This document shows positions 1 through 11,801 of a DNA stretch of 64,000 bases, piece after piece. The DNA is from Desulfocapsaceae bacterium (GTDB taxonomy: Bacteria > Desulfobacterota > Desulfobulbia > Desulfobulbales > Desulfocapsaceae), in NCBI GenBank assembly GCA_050288305.1, contig JBNKDO010000059.1, positions 10,747-74,746 on the forward strand, in the 5' to 3' direction. The position numbers and the translations under genes were made by a program. The notes below the pieces were generated by a model, which worked only from the letters and a program-made list of their open reading frames with translations, did not search any database and was not told the DNA's origin. Within the stretch, counting starts at the first letter, position 1. Every line of letters begins with the position of its first letter.

Positions 1-738
1 TGGCGAGCCGCCACTGGCACATCCCGAAAGAGTCACCGGGCCCATGCACATGAAGCCCTGCTCCAACAAACAACGCATTTCCTCCAGCGGTTCTTTGCTG
101 TTATATTCAGCATTAACCAGAAAACGCTTTACGGCGGCAACCTGCCCCTTTCCTTCCCTTTTAACCGGACAGGTATCACAGACACTGCGCGTTGGCAGAT
201 CGGCTTCCTGCTGATCAATTACCGAACGAATGATACGCACCATAAACTGTGGATTTGGCGGGCAACCGGGCAACAGCAGATCAATATCTGTTTTTTCATC
301 ACAGGCGTACACTCTATCAAGAGGTGCAGGAACACATTGAGTCGGTATTCCGCCGTCTTGCTCGCCTTCCGAATTTTGGAAAATCGCTCCCCAGCTCTGC
401 TGCTGATCTGTGCCGTTCATCAGTGCCGGGATACCACCATGGGTGGCACACGTTCCCATGGCGACCAGAAAATTACATTTGCGACGCATCTCTTTAAGAA
501 CGGTGAGATGTTCTTCGTTATTTATGCCACCGGAAATAAAACCGATATCGGCAAATGGGATACTCACCCCACCACTCCCGTCAGCAGGAATAGAATATTT
601 GTGATCCATCAGCAATGGGGCATGGACAATTTCCAGCTCATCGCTAAGCAACCCGACCAGATCCTCACCGATATTCAGAAAGGATATTTCACAACCTGAA
701 CATGATCCCAGCCATTCGAATGCAACACGCAGTGCCAT
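1..738 (-). CDS. mvhG: [NiFe] hydrogenase small subunit, MvhG-like (partial; the C-terminal end runs off the window and it is absent from the supplied ORF track)
   Basis: Hand translation of the minus strand from the ATG at 738-736 stays open to base 1: MALRVAFEWLGSCSGCEISFLNIGEDL...MGTCATHGGIPAL...LLLPGCPPNP...CDTCPV...MCMGPVTLSGC. These are Fe-S ligand motifs typical of NiFe small subunits. It starts 11 nt downstream of mvhD. Confidence 0.8.
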   Translation of the reverse strand, partial: MALRVAFEWLGSCSGCEISFLNIGEDLVGLLSDELEIVHAPLLMDHKYSIPADGSGGVSIPFADIGFISGGINNEEHLTVLKEMRRKCNFLVAMGTCATHGGIPALMNGTDQQQSWGAIFQNSEGEQDGGIPTQCVPAPLDRVYACDEKTDIDLLLPGCPPNPQFMVRIIRSVIDQQEADLPTRSVCDTCPVKREGKGQVAAVKRFLVNAEYNSKEPLEEMRCLLEQGFMCMGPVTLSGCASGGSP

Positions 739-749
739 TTTTATAATTT

Positions 750-1148
750 CTACTCCGCCTGCTTCAGCTGTTTGACTCGTTCTGTCATTTCGATGACAGC
801 CTGAACAAATCTTTCCGGTTCTGCCGAAGAAACCCAGGTGATCGAGAACCGGTCCTCCTCGTAGCCGAAATCCTCAAGCAGCTCGGTAATCATATCCGAG
901 CGGGCTAAGGCTTTGTAGTTGCCATCGATATAGTGGCATTCTCCCAGATGACATCCCATGATCATCACACCGTCAGCACCCTGAGACAACGATTCCAGAA
1001 CGAGTTCGGGATGAACCATCCCGGAGCACATTACCCGGATTATTCTGACATTATGTGGATATTTTAACCTGGAACTTCCGGCGAGATCGGCTGCAGCATA
1101 TGAGCACCAGTTACAGCAGAAGGCGATTATCTTTGGTTCCTGACTCAT
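750..1148 (-). CDS. mvhD: MvhD/FlpD-like hydrogenase iron-sulfur subunit
   Basis: 132 aa. IIAFCCNWCSYAAADLAG...RVMCSG...IMGCHLGECHY is the MvhD-type Cys pattern. It sits between hdrA and mvhG. Confidence 0.85.
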   Translation of the reverse strand: MSQEPKIIAFCCNWCSYAAADLAGSSRLKYPHNVRIIRVMCSGMVHPELVLESLSQGADGVMIMGCHLGECHYIDGNYKALARSDMITELLEDFGYEEDRFSITWVSSAEPERFVQAVIEMTERVKQLKQAE

Positions 1149-1196
1149 TAAATTTACTCCTCAAATCTAGGTGCACTACCCAGGATATTACATGCG

Positions 1197-4100
1197 TTAT
1201 ATATCAAGCGCTGCCTTAATCTGCCGGCTCAGCTGTTCCATTGTGAAATTTGACACATCAACACCCCGGACCGGGCATGTCCCCTGACACAGGCCGCAGC
1301 CTTTGCACTGGGCCGTATTGATGCGCACCAGTTTGACCGGCTGGCCATCTTTATCCCTGTCTATCTCGATAAGCTCAATGGCATGATATGGACAGACGTC
1401 AACACATAATGCGCAACCATCACATTTGTGCTCATTCACCACCGCCTTAATCGCATCGAGATACACCTCCTGCTTGGAGAGCAGAGTTGTTGCCCGTGCC
1501 GATGCTGCAAGTGCCTGGGAAATTGATTCGTCTACCGGCTTGGGATACTGGGCCAGACCAGCGGTAAAAATTCCCTCGGTGGTAAAATCCACTGGTCGTA
1601 ATTTGGCATGGGCTTCCTGAAAAAAACCATTTTCATCGAGCGGTATCCTGTAATGCTGGGCAAGTCTGTCAATCTCAGCGTTGGCCACGATAGCTGTTGC
1701 CAGAACGACCATATCCGCCTTGATTCGCACCGGACGATGGAGAACATGATCCCAGACCTCAACATGAATCTGTCTGTCCACCTCAGTTACCTTGGGTTTG
1801 CCATGTAGCTCATAGTTGATGAATACCACTCCCATTTCACGCGCTTTCTTGAAAACATATTCGCGCTCTCCGTAGGTCCGCATATCTCTATAGAGAATGT
1901 ATACATTTCGAGCCGGATCTTCTCGCTTCAGCTCGATTGCTGACTGGACCGAATGGGTACAGCACACTTTAGAGCAATACATCCGCCCTTTTTCTCTGGA
2001 ACCGACGCACTGAATAAAAACAAACGACTTGCCCTGCTTGACATGCTTTTCCTTGAGTTCATGAAGACGTTCAAATTCAATGGAAGTAACCACGCAGCGA
2101 ATCTGTTTATAGCCATATTCGGTTGGTCTGAAAATTTGAGCTCCAGTGGCCAGAATTCCAATGCCATGCTCAAGGGTCTTGGCCTTCTTGCCGGGTGATT
2201 TCACCGTGGTCTTGAAATTGCCTACAAAACCACTAGCCTTACTTACCTCTGTCTCCATATGCAGATTGATCAATTCGTGATCGTGTACTTTATCAATAAG
2301 CTTTGCCACCTGCATGGGAACATGAACGCCTGAATAAGTATGCTTTAGATTTAGGGCGTTACCGCCAAGGCGATCGGTTTTTTCAATGAGATCCACCCCG
2401 AAACCCTGATTGGCAAGGTTCAGCGCGGCTGTCATACCGGCAATACCTCCTCCAATAACCAATCCTTTCTGGATAATCGGCACGGCAATAGGCTGGAGAG
2501 CTGCGGCGATGGTAATTTTTGCCACCGCGATCCGTACCAGATCCTTGGCTTTCATCGTTGCCAGTTCTCTGTTGTCATGAACCCAGGAGTTATGGTTTCT
2601 GATATTAGCCATCTCAACCAGATATTCATTGAGTCCTGCAGTTTTTAAGGTTTCCCTGAAAAGCGGCTCGTGGGTTCTCGGTGTACAGGCGGCTATGACA
2701 ACCCGGTTCAATCCTTTTTCACGAATAGATGCGGCCAATATCTCCTGGGTTTCCTGAGAGCAGGAAAAGAGGTTTCTCTCAACATGAACAACACCAGGCA
2801 GGGTCGCTGCATAATTCTCCAGATCGACAACATCTACTACATCAGAAATATTCGATCCGCAATGACAGACAAAAACGCCTATGCGAGCCTCTTCATCCGA
2901 GATATTACGTTCCTCAGGATATTTTTTATGCTGCTTCACCTCCCCCCGATGTAAACCCAGCTGACCGGCAACAGCTGCTGCGGCTGCTGACCCCTCGACA
3001 ACACATTGAGGAATCCCTTTGGGACCGGAGAAGGAGCCGCAGGCAAAAATTCCTTCTTTAGAGGAGGTGACCGGAGCAAAATCGGAAGTAGAAGCAAAAC
3101 TGCTCGCTGAAAGCTGAATCCCGGCAATTTCAGCAAGCTCCCTTACCTGTTCAGGTATGCGCAACCCAACGGAGAGAACAACCACATCGAACAATTCTTC
3201 AACCTGCCTGCCCTCCTCGTTTATATAATGGAGTCTCAGATCGCCATTTTTTGAAAATGGTTCAACACCATGAACTCGGCAACGGATAAAGCGAACACCG
3301 CTTTCGGTTTTGGCTTTCTCCATATAGGTATCGAAATCCTTACCATGGGTCCGCATATCCATATAGAAGATGGCGGCGGATAAACCGGGTACATGCTGTC
3401 TGGAAATTACCGCTTCTTTAATGGCATACATACAGCACACCCCGGAGCAGTAGCCATTTCCGCAGATATTTTCATCCCGTGAACCGACGCATTGGAGAAA
3501 ACCGATTTTACGAATCGGTTTGCCATCCGAAGGGCGCAGCAAACGTCCCTCTGTGGGCCCGGTGGCGGAAAGATACCTTTCAAGCTGGAGAGAGGTTATC
3601 ACATTGGGAAACCTGCCATATCCCCAGACCCCGGCATTCGTCGGATCAAAAGCTTCAAACCCCGGTGCCAGAATAATCGCTCCGACGGAAAGTTTGTGGA
3701 TCTTCTCGGTGTCATCAAAACGTATGGCATCTGCCACACAGACTTCCTCGCAGATACCGCATTTCCCAGGTTTGTTGAGACGAATGCACGACTGCGGGTC
3801 AATCTGATACTTCAAAGGTACCGCCTGAGCATACTTTATATAGACAGCCTTACGTTTCCCGGTTGAGGCATTATACGAGCTATCGACGGATTTAGGACAC
3901 TTATCAGTGCAGATACCACAGGCTATGCATCTTTCAGTATCCACATATCGTGGGTTTTCTCTGATGGTAACCTGAAAATTTCCTGCAGTTCCACTGATAT
4001 CCGTGACATCACTTAGAGTTAAGATATCAATATTGGGATGCCTGCCACACTCAACCATTTTGGGGGCAAGAATGCACATTGAGCAGTCATTGGTGGGAAA

Positions 4101-4259
4101 GGTCTTATCCAGCTGCGCCATGGCACCGCCAATGGCTCCGGTTTTTTCGATCAGGTAGACATTATACCCTGAATCAGCGAGGTCCAGGGCGGCCTGCATA
4201 CCGGTAACGCCGCCTCCGACTATGAGTACTTTCCCTGCACTTATGGTTTTATTTATCAT
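1197..4259 (-). CDS. hdrA: Heterodisulfide reductase subunit A-like flavoprotein, long 1020-aa form with two FAD/Fe-S modules
   Basis: Two GxGxxG motifs (VGGGVTGMQAAL, IGGGIAGMTAAL). Two QCVGSR(D/E)...C..CC motifs. Ferredoxin CxxCxxCxxxCP motifs. An internal VFVCHCGSNISD...ANIRNHNSWVH segment resembles the HdrA N-terminal domain. Confidence 0.85.
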   Translation of the reverse strand: MINKTISAGKVLIVGGGVTGMQAALDLADSGYNVYLIEKTGAIGGAMAQLDKTFPTNDCSMCILAPKMVECGRHPNIDILTLSDVTDISGTAGNFQVTIRENPRYVDTERCIACGICTDKCPKSVDSSYNASTGKRKAVYIKYAQAVPLKYQIDPQSCIRLNKPGKCGICEEVCVADAIRFDDTEKIHKLSVGAIILAPGFEAFDPTNAGVWGYGRFPNVITSLQLERYLSATGPTEGRLLRPSDGKPIRKIGFLQCVGSRDENICGNGYCSGVCCMYAIKEAVISRQHVPGLSAAIFYMDMRTHGKDFDTYMEKAKTESGVRFIRCRVHGVEPFSKNGDLRLHYINEEGRQVEELFDVVVLSVGLRIPEQVRELAEIAGIQLSASSFASTSDFAPVTSSKEGIFACGSFSGPKGIPQCVVEGSAAAAAVAGQLGLHRGEVKQHKKYPEERNISDEEARIGVFVCHCGSNISDVVDVVDLENYAATLPGVVHVERNLFSCSQETQEILAASIREKGLNRVVIAACTPRTHEPLFRETLKTAGLNEYLVEMANIRNHNSWVHDNRELATMKAKDLVRIAVAKITIAAALQPIAVPIIQKGLVIGGGIAGMTAALNLANQGFGVDLIEKTDRLGGNALNLKHTYSGVHVPMQVAKLIDKVHDHELINLHMETEVSKASGFVGNFKTTVKSPGKKAKTLEHGIGILATGAQIFRPTEYGYKQIRCVVTSIEFERLHELKEKHVKQGKSFVFIQCVGSREKGRMYCSKVCCTHSVQSAIELKREDPARNVYILYRDMRTYGEREYVFKKAREMGVVFINYELHGKPKVTEVDRQIHVEVWDHVLHRPVRIKADMVVLATAIVANAEIDRLAQHYRIPLDENGFFQEAHAKLRPVDFTTEGIFTAGLAQYPKPVDESISQALAASARATTLLSKQEVYLDAIKAVVNEHKCDGCALCVDVCPYHAIELIEIDRDKDGQPVKLVRINTAQCKGCGLCQGTCPVRGVDVSNFTMEQLSRQIKAALDI

Positions 4260-4339
4260 TTACTGTCTCCTCTGCCCCTTTATGCCCTGCCGGGTCCAGG
4301 ATAAAATCGTTCATTCTCTTTGGAAAGGCAATCATAGTC

Positions 4340-5797
4340 TCACGCCTTATCCGGGATAATCATAGAATCGGCAACAAGCTCCCAAAGATATTTCACTTCA
4401 ATATCGAGATCATACTCCTGGATTAATGATTTTTGCAGCTGATCTCTACAGCCATGACAGGCGGTAATTACCAGTTCAGCCTCCGATTCCGTTATCTGCC
4501 TTGCCTTCATTCTGCCGTAATAAATCCGTTCCGCAGAAAACGGCATAGCCCAGGCACCGCCGCCTGCCCCGCAGCAATAGTTTATACCTCTGTTCGGTTC
4601 CATTTCGACGACGTCAAGACAGCAGGCACGAGTTATCTCTCGCCCTTCCTCAAAATATGCCTGCCCGAAAGCACGCAGTGATTTGCGGCCGTAATTACAA
4701 GGATCGTGGTAAACCGTTTTTTGTGGATGTCTGCTCTGGTCAATCTGGATTTTGCCATCGTTTATATATTCCAGCAGCAGATCGAAGAGCGTACAGATCT
4801 TAAACTCTTTCAGTGAATCTGGATACCACCTGCTCAAGCCATAGCGGGTGGCATAGTAGGCATGCCCCGACTCCGGCAGGAGCAGAATCTCACAGTTGAG
4901 GCGCCTCATGTTGTCTACTATCCGGCCAACCACCGTCTTCATAGAAGCATCATCTCCGGAGAAAAGCCCCCAGTTAACTCCTTCCCAGTTTTCTGAGGAT
5001 ATTGTCCAGGACTCACCTGCCGAGTGAAAGATCTTCCACCACCATTTGAGATCATCAGGTTCAGCGAAGGGTTCTTTGGAGTTGACCTGCATAAGAATTC
5101 TGGCACCATGAACATCAATTGGCGTGACAAATCCGGGACATGTTTCAGCAGCCAGCTCCTGACCCAAGCCTTCCAGGAGGGCAATAAAATCCTCTTTGGG
5201 AATTCCCAGGTTGTTGCCTCTCTCCAGACAGGTGGTCACGCCACGGTGGATTGGTCCAGGGACCTGTTCACGCTTGCGACGGGAGCGAATCTTGCGGATG
5301 AGCTGAACAATCTCTATATTCGCCGGACAGATATGTTCGCATTTCGCACACATGGTACATTTCCACGGCCAATCAGATTTAATAAGATCGTCCTCCATTC
5401 CGAGGAAGGCCATGCGCACGATTTTACGAGGATCGAGACTATCAACGCCTGAAATAGGACAAGCACTTGCGCAGGTGCCGCAGGTTAAACAGGCATCACC
5501 CCAATTGGGATCGTCATATATTTTTTCTCTTAAACCGCCCAGTTCAATTACCGGCAGTTCAGAATTCTTTTCTTCCAGCGACTTGACCGTTTCCAGGTCG
5601 ACATGACTGTTAGGACGGATATGCGGTTTGCGCCCGAACTTTTCACAGAGCTCTTGGTAATCATCGAATTTCATAAGATACTTTCTGCCCGGCCCTTCTG
5701 TTGCTGGCAACGTACCGGCATTAATCCAGTTTCTTATGGTATTTCGATGCACTCCAAACTCTTCGGCCATTTCGCTGACTTTAAATTCGTACATCAT
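4340..5797 (-). CDS. MerR/excisionase-type HTH fused to an HdrD-like Fe-S/CCG-domain protein
   Basis: The N-terminus EMAEEFGVHRNTIRNWINAGTLPA is HTH-like. It is followed by CLTCGTCASACP and CTMCAKCEHICP, then a C-terminal CCG-type pattern (DPCNYG...CCLD...YCCGAGGG...CHGC). A GAGGTGA Shine-Dalgarno sequence lies upstream. Confidence 0.75.
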   Translation of the reverse strand: MMYEFKVSEMAEEFGVHRNTIRNWINAGTLPATEGPGRKYLMKFDDYQELCEKFGRKPHIRPNSHVDLETVKSLEEKNSELPVIELGGLREKIYDDPNWGDACLTCGTCASACPISGVDSLDPRKIVRMAFLGMEDDLIKSDWPWKCTMCAKCEHICPANIEIVQLIRKIRSRRKREQVPGPIHRGVTTCLERGNNLGIPKEDFIALLEGLGQELAAETCPGFVTPIDVHGARILMQVNSKEPFAEPDDLKWWWKIFHSAGESWTISSENWEGVNWGLFSGDDASMKTVVGRIVDNMRRLNCEILLLPESGHAYYATRYGLSRWYPDSLKEFKICTLFDLLLEYINDGKIQIDQSRHPQKTVYHDPCNYGRKSLRAFGQAYFEEGREITRACCLDVVEMEPNRGINYCCGAGGGAWAMPFSAERIYYGRMKARQITESEAELVITACHGCRDQLQKSLIQEYDLDIEVKYLWELVADSMIIPDKA

Positions 5798-5819
5798 GCA
5801 GGATCACCTCTTCTATCTA

Positions 5820-6332
5820 TTAACAGACACTATCTGTTTTACTGATCATCTGTATAACTTTTCTGCAGGCCACAGGTACAGCTTTTTCCATACTCTGCGA
5901 GAGCCCGGGTTCAATCTGATCGGGAATATGCTCAACCTGGGCAACCACAACGTCTACGGTAATTCCAGTATGTTCTTCCAACTCTGCGAGTAAATTCACA
6001 GTAGGAAATTGATGGAGGGAAAAATCATGGATCTTTTGTGATGGAATTGCTGATACTTCTATGGTAAAAACTTCTCCGGGTCTTCTGTTATCGAAATCAA
6101 CAGCATCAAGAAGTATTATTCGTTGAGGACGACCTTCAGGTGACAGCAGGTAATCAAAAAGATACTCTCTGACCCCAGTTCCTGCATCAATTGCAGCGAC
6201 ATCCGGCGGCAGTGAATACTTGGAATTGAGCCAGGTAACGACCTCAGGGCCAAAGCCATCATCACCCATTATCAGATTACCACACCCAAATATAACCGTG
6301 GAGAAAATTGCTGAGAACTTCTGTTGTGCCAT
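5820..6332 (-). CDS. Hydrogenase maturation endopeptidase (HycI/FrhD-like)
   Basis: VIFGCGNLIMGDDGFGPEV...ILLDAVD motifs. I prefer the ATG at 6332 (MAQQKF) over the TTG at 6404 used in the ORF track. Confidence 0.7.
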   Translation of the reverse strand: MAQQKFSAIFSTVIFGCGNLIMGDDGFGPEVVTWLNSKYSLPPDVAAIDAGTGVREYLFDYLLSPEGRPQRIILLDAVDFDNRRPGEVFTIEVSAIPSQKIHDFSLHQFPTVNLLAELEEHTGITVDVVVAQVEHIPDQIEPGLSQSMEKAVPVACRKVIQMISKTDSVC

Positions 6333-6428
6333 TGTGCGAGCCACGCCCCATTCTTGAGATAAAGTGTACTTTTTATCACAAGAAGGACTTTTATTCAAGC
6401 ACAATTCGCACAGCTATGTCGGCTTGAA

Positions 6429-7457
6429 TCAGCTATTCCCGCCGCTTTCAAAGCCATTGGGATTATGCTTCTGCCATTTCCAGGCAGACTCACACATCTC
6501 CTGCATCCCCCGCTCAGCTTTCCAGCCCAGTTCAGTAAACGCTTTTCCTGGATCAGCAAAACATTCAGCAATATCTCCCGGTCTCCTCTCGGTGAGCTGA
6601 TAGGCAATTTCGCGACCTGAAGCCTGGCTGAAAGCCTGGACAACCTCCAGGACACTGTTGCCTTTGCCTGTGCCCAGGTTATAAATGGAGACACCGTGAT
6701 TCCCCTGAATCTTCTTGAGTGCCTTAACATGACCTACGGCAAGGTCAACCACGTGAATATAATCACGAACGCCGGTACCATCCTTGGTGGGATAATCGGA
6801 GCCAAACACAGATAATCGCTCCAGCTTACCTACGGCAACCTGGGCAACATACGGCATCAGGTTATTTGGGATATCTTTCGGGTCCTCACCGATGCGCCCG
6901 CTCTCATGGGCACCCACTGGGTTGAAGTACCGCAACAGAACAACATTCCAACCTGGCCTCGCAGTACAGATGTCAGCCAGGATCTCTTCACTCATCAGCT
7001 TGGTTCTGCCGTAGGGGTTGGTGCAGGAAAGAGGAAAATCCTCAGTAATCGGCACTGAAGCGGGGTTACCATAAACCGTTGCCGAAGAGCTGAAGATAAT
7101 ATTTGTTACCCCGTGGCGGGCCATCGCCTCACACAAATTCAGAGTGGCCTTTATATTGTTATTATAGTAAAGCAGCGGTTCAGCTACTGACTCGCCCACT
7201 GCTTTCAAGCCGGCAAAATGGATTACTCCATCAATGTCCTGGCATTCCGAAAACAACCGTTCAAGCTCAGGTTCGTTGAGGAGGTCGATTTCATAAAAAA
7301 CAATCTTTTTTCCAGTCAGCTCCTCGACTCTATTGAGTGACTCCAGGCTGGAATTTGAAAGATTATCAACAACGATAACTTCGTGCCCTGCCATTAGCAG
7401 CTCCACACAAGTGTGACTACCTATATATCCGGCACCTCCGGTCACAAGTATTTTCAT
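6429..7457 (-). CDS. galE: UDP-glucose 4-epimerase
   Basis: MKILVTGGAGYIGSH Rossmann N-terminus and a YGRTK catalytic motif. 342 aa. Confidence 0.9.
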   Translation of the reverse strand: MKILVTGGAGYIGSHTCVELLMAGHEVIVVDNLSNSSLESLNRVEELTGKKIVFYEIDLLNEPELERLFSECQDIDGVIHFAGLKAVGESVAEPLLYYNNNIKATLNLCEAMARHGVTNIIFSSSATVYGNPASVPITEDFPLSCTNPYGRTKLMSEEILADICTARPGWNVVLLRYFNPVGAHESGRIGEDPKDIPNNLMPYVAQVAVGKLERLSVFGSDYPTKDGTGVRDYIHVVDLAVGHVKALKKIQGNHGVSIYNLGTGKGNSVLEVVQAFSQASGREIAYQLTERRPGDIAECFADPGKAFTELGWKAERGMQEMCESAWKWQKHNPNGFESGGNS

Positions 7458-7759
7458 TTTACTAACCTTTCTATCGTGGATATTGCCAGTTCAATATTGA
7501 TCTTTTGGGAGAGCTCAAATATTCACCCTGCATTTCTCAATCGGGCTTCACAGCAGGAGAGAGTATCGCTTATTGCACCAAGAACCGGCAAAATATTTTT
7601 CAAAAAAAACCAATTAAAATAAAAAGACACATAACTCTCGACAAATTAGTCTCTCTCTTATTATTATTCAAGAGTTATTGAACTACCCGATCACTGGCCT
7701 ATTCTGAATTTTTTCTCAATATACGTGTGACGGTTTTATTCTACACAAAGGAGAACGTA

Positions 7760-9944
<2,185 letters not shown>

Positions 9945-10073
9945 TATTTACGCAGAGAATCCAATATTTGTTATCTAACACATTAGACATGCGGAACTAT
10001 GCTGTGATAATATAGGGAATAACGTTCTCTCTTCCTGCAGAGTAGCCTGTCTTGAATATTTATAACGGAGTAT

Positions 10074-11795
10074 ATGGTGACAAACGTTCTTATTGTCGAA
10101 AATAATCCAACAATTCTTAAACTGCTGTCCCATCACCTTGAAGCAGAGGGATGCCAGGTAAAATCAGTGGCAAATGGCCTTGAGGCCTTGGTCAAACTTG
10201 ACGAGGAAATCCCTGATATCATTTTTACCGATATCATAATGCCTAAGGTCAGCGGCGATCAGCTCTGCACCATTCTTCGCAACAACAGCAAACTCAAGGA
10301 TATTTTTATCGCAGTTCATTCTTCAACATCCCTTGAGGACAATCGTCAGATTCTTGAGATGGACGCGGATATTTATATCGCCAAGGGCCCAAAAACCAAT
10401 TTAAAAGATCATGTGCATTATGTTCTCGATCAATACAAAAAAGGAATCCGCAGAAATCCAAAGACATTTGGAGATAGCACTCTTTATCCGCGTGAGATCA
10501 CCAGAGAGCTGCTGCTTGAGAGAAGACATCACCAGGCAATTTTCAACAATGTTGCTGAAGCCATCATCGAACTGGACTCAAACGGTCAAATAGTCCAGGC
10601 AAACATGGCTGCACAGAGGCTGTTTGGCATAGGATCACTGGAAATTCTTTCGAGCCAGTTTGTTGATTTTCTTGAGGGCCGAGAGAAGAAGGATGTGATT
10701 AGCTGGATAGAACATATAACCGATGCCGGTCCTTCTGTCTTTCGCTCCAGTTTCTCCCCTCCCCTCCGGGTAAACAAACGAAAAATTCTCCTTAACCTCG
10801 TTGCTGTTGCGGAAGCAGAAGATTTTTTCATAATCGGTATTCTCCAGGACATCACTCTACAAAAAAATACCGAGGACAGACTTGCCCAAACTCTTGGGGA
10901 ATTTAATGCGGTGATTGACACCATTGATTCCGGAGTTCTTCTTTTAGATAGTAATCTTCGGGTGAGAATCGCCAACCAAGCCTATATGGATCTCTGGCAG
11001 ATGCCTCAGTCGTTTATCGACACCAAACCAACAATGCGTGAAATCATAGAATATACCAGCAGCAGCGGAATTTATTATGTTGCCCCTGAAAATATTCAAG
11101 AATATATTGACCAGCGTCTTAAAGCCATACAACAAGGTGATATTCTACCAACCGAGATGCGCCGCACAGATGGCAGAGTCCTGCAATATCGCTGCACCGT
11201 TTTGCCAGACAATGGCAGACTCCTGTCGTTCTTTGACATAACCAGCCTGAAAAACACCGAACAAAAACTGGAGGCGGCCCTTGAAAAGGTAAGCGACCTT
11301 GCCAACCATGACCCATTAACGGGACTTCCGAACCTCCGCCTTGCCCGGGAAAACCTCCTCAATGCCATAGCTCTTGCTAACAGAAAAGGTTGGATGGCCG
11401 CATTGATGTTTATTGACCTTGATGGTTTCAAGGAAGTCAACGACTCCCATGGCCACGAGGTAGGAGATTTGGTTTTAAAAGTGGTCGGTGAGAGACTTGT
11501 AGAAAGCCTTAGGGAAACCGATACCGTTGCCCGTATAGGTGGAGATGAGTTTCTTGTTATCCAGACCGAGGTAAACGATAGATCCGATATCTCCAAAGTG
11601 GCTGAAAAGATAGTAAAGAAAATTGCCGAACCTTTTCATATCGATGGGATCGAAATCAATATCGGTGCCAGCATAGGCATTGCAGTTTATCCTCAAAACG
11701 GAGAGGAAATCAGGGTTTTAATGAAAAAAGCGGATGATGCCCTGTATTATACGAAACGTATAGGCAAAAACAATTATGCCTTCGCACCGGGATGA
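10074..11795 (+). CDS. Response-regulator receiver / PAS / PAS / GGDEF diguanylate cyclase
   Basis: REC N-terminus (VLIVENNP...DIIMPKVSG), two PAS-like segments and an intact RIGGDEF. Confidence 0.9.
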   Translation: MVTNVLIVENNPTILKLLSHHLEAEGCQVKSVANGLEALVKLDEEIPDIIFTDIIMPKVSGDQLCTILRNNSKLKDIFIAVHSSTSLEDNRQILEMDADIYIAKGPKTNLKDHVHYVLDQYKKGIRRNPKTFGDSTLYPREITRELLLERRHHQAIFNNVAEAIIELDSNGQIVQANMAAQRLFGIGSLEILSSQFVDFLEGREKKDVISWIEHITDAGPSVFRSSFSPPLRVNKRKILLNLVAVAEAEDFFIIGILQDITLQKNTEDRLAQTLGEFNAVIDTIDSGVLLLDSNLRVRIANQAYMDLWQMPQSFIDTKPTMREIIEYTSSSGIYYVAPENIQEYIDQRLKAIQQGDILPTEMRRTDGRVLQYRCTVLPDNGRLLSFFDITSLKNTEQKLEAALEKVSDLANHDPLTGLPNLRLARENLLNAIALANRKGWMAALMFIDLDGFKEVNDSHGHEVGDLVLKVVGERLVESLRETDTVARIGGDEFLVIQTEVNDRSDISKVAEKIVKKIAEPFHIDGIEINIGASIGIAVYPQNGEEIRVLMKKADDALYYTKRIGKNNYAFAPG

Positions 11796-11801
11796 TCAAA
11801 T

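Noticed and set aside
249-699. Three plus-strand ORFs (82, 120 and 64 aa) listed in the ORF track
   Set aside because: They lie antisense to, and entirely within, the open minus-strand mvhG reading frame, whose translation shows clear NiFe small-subunit motifs. The plus-strand products have no recognisable features.
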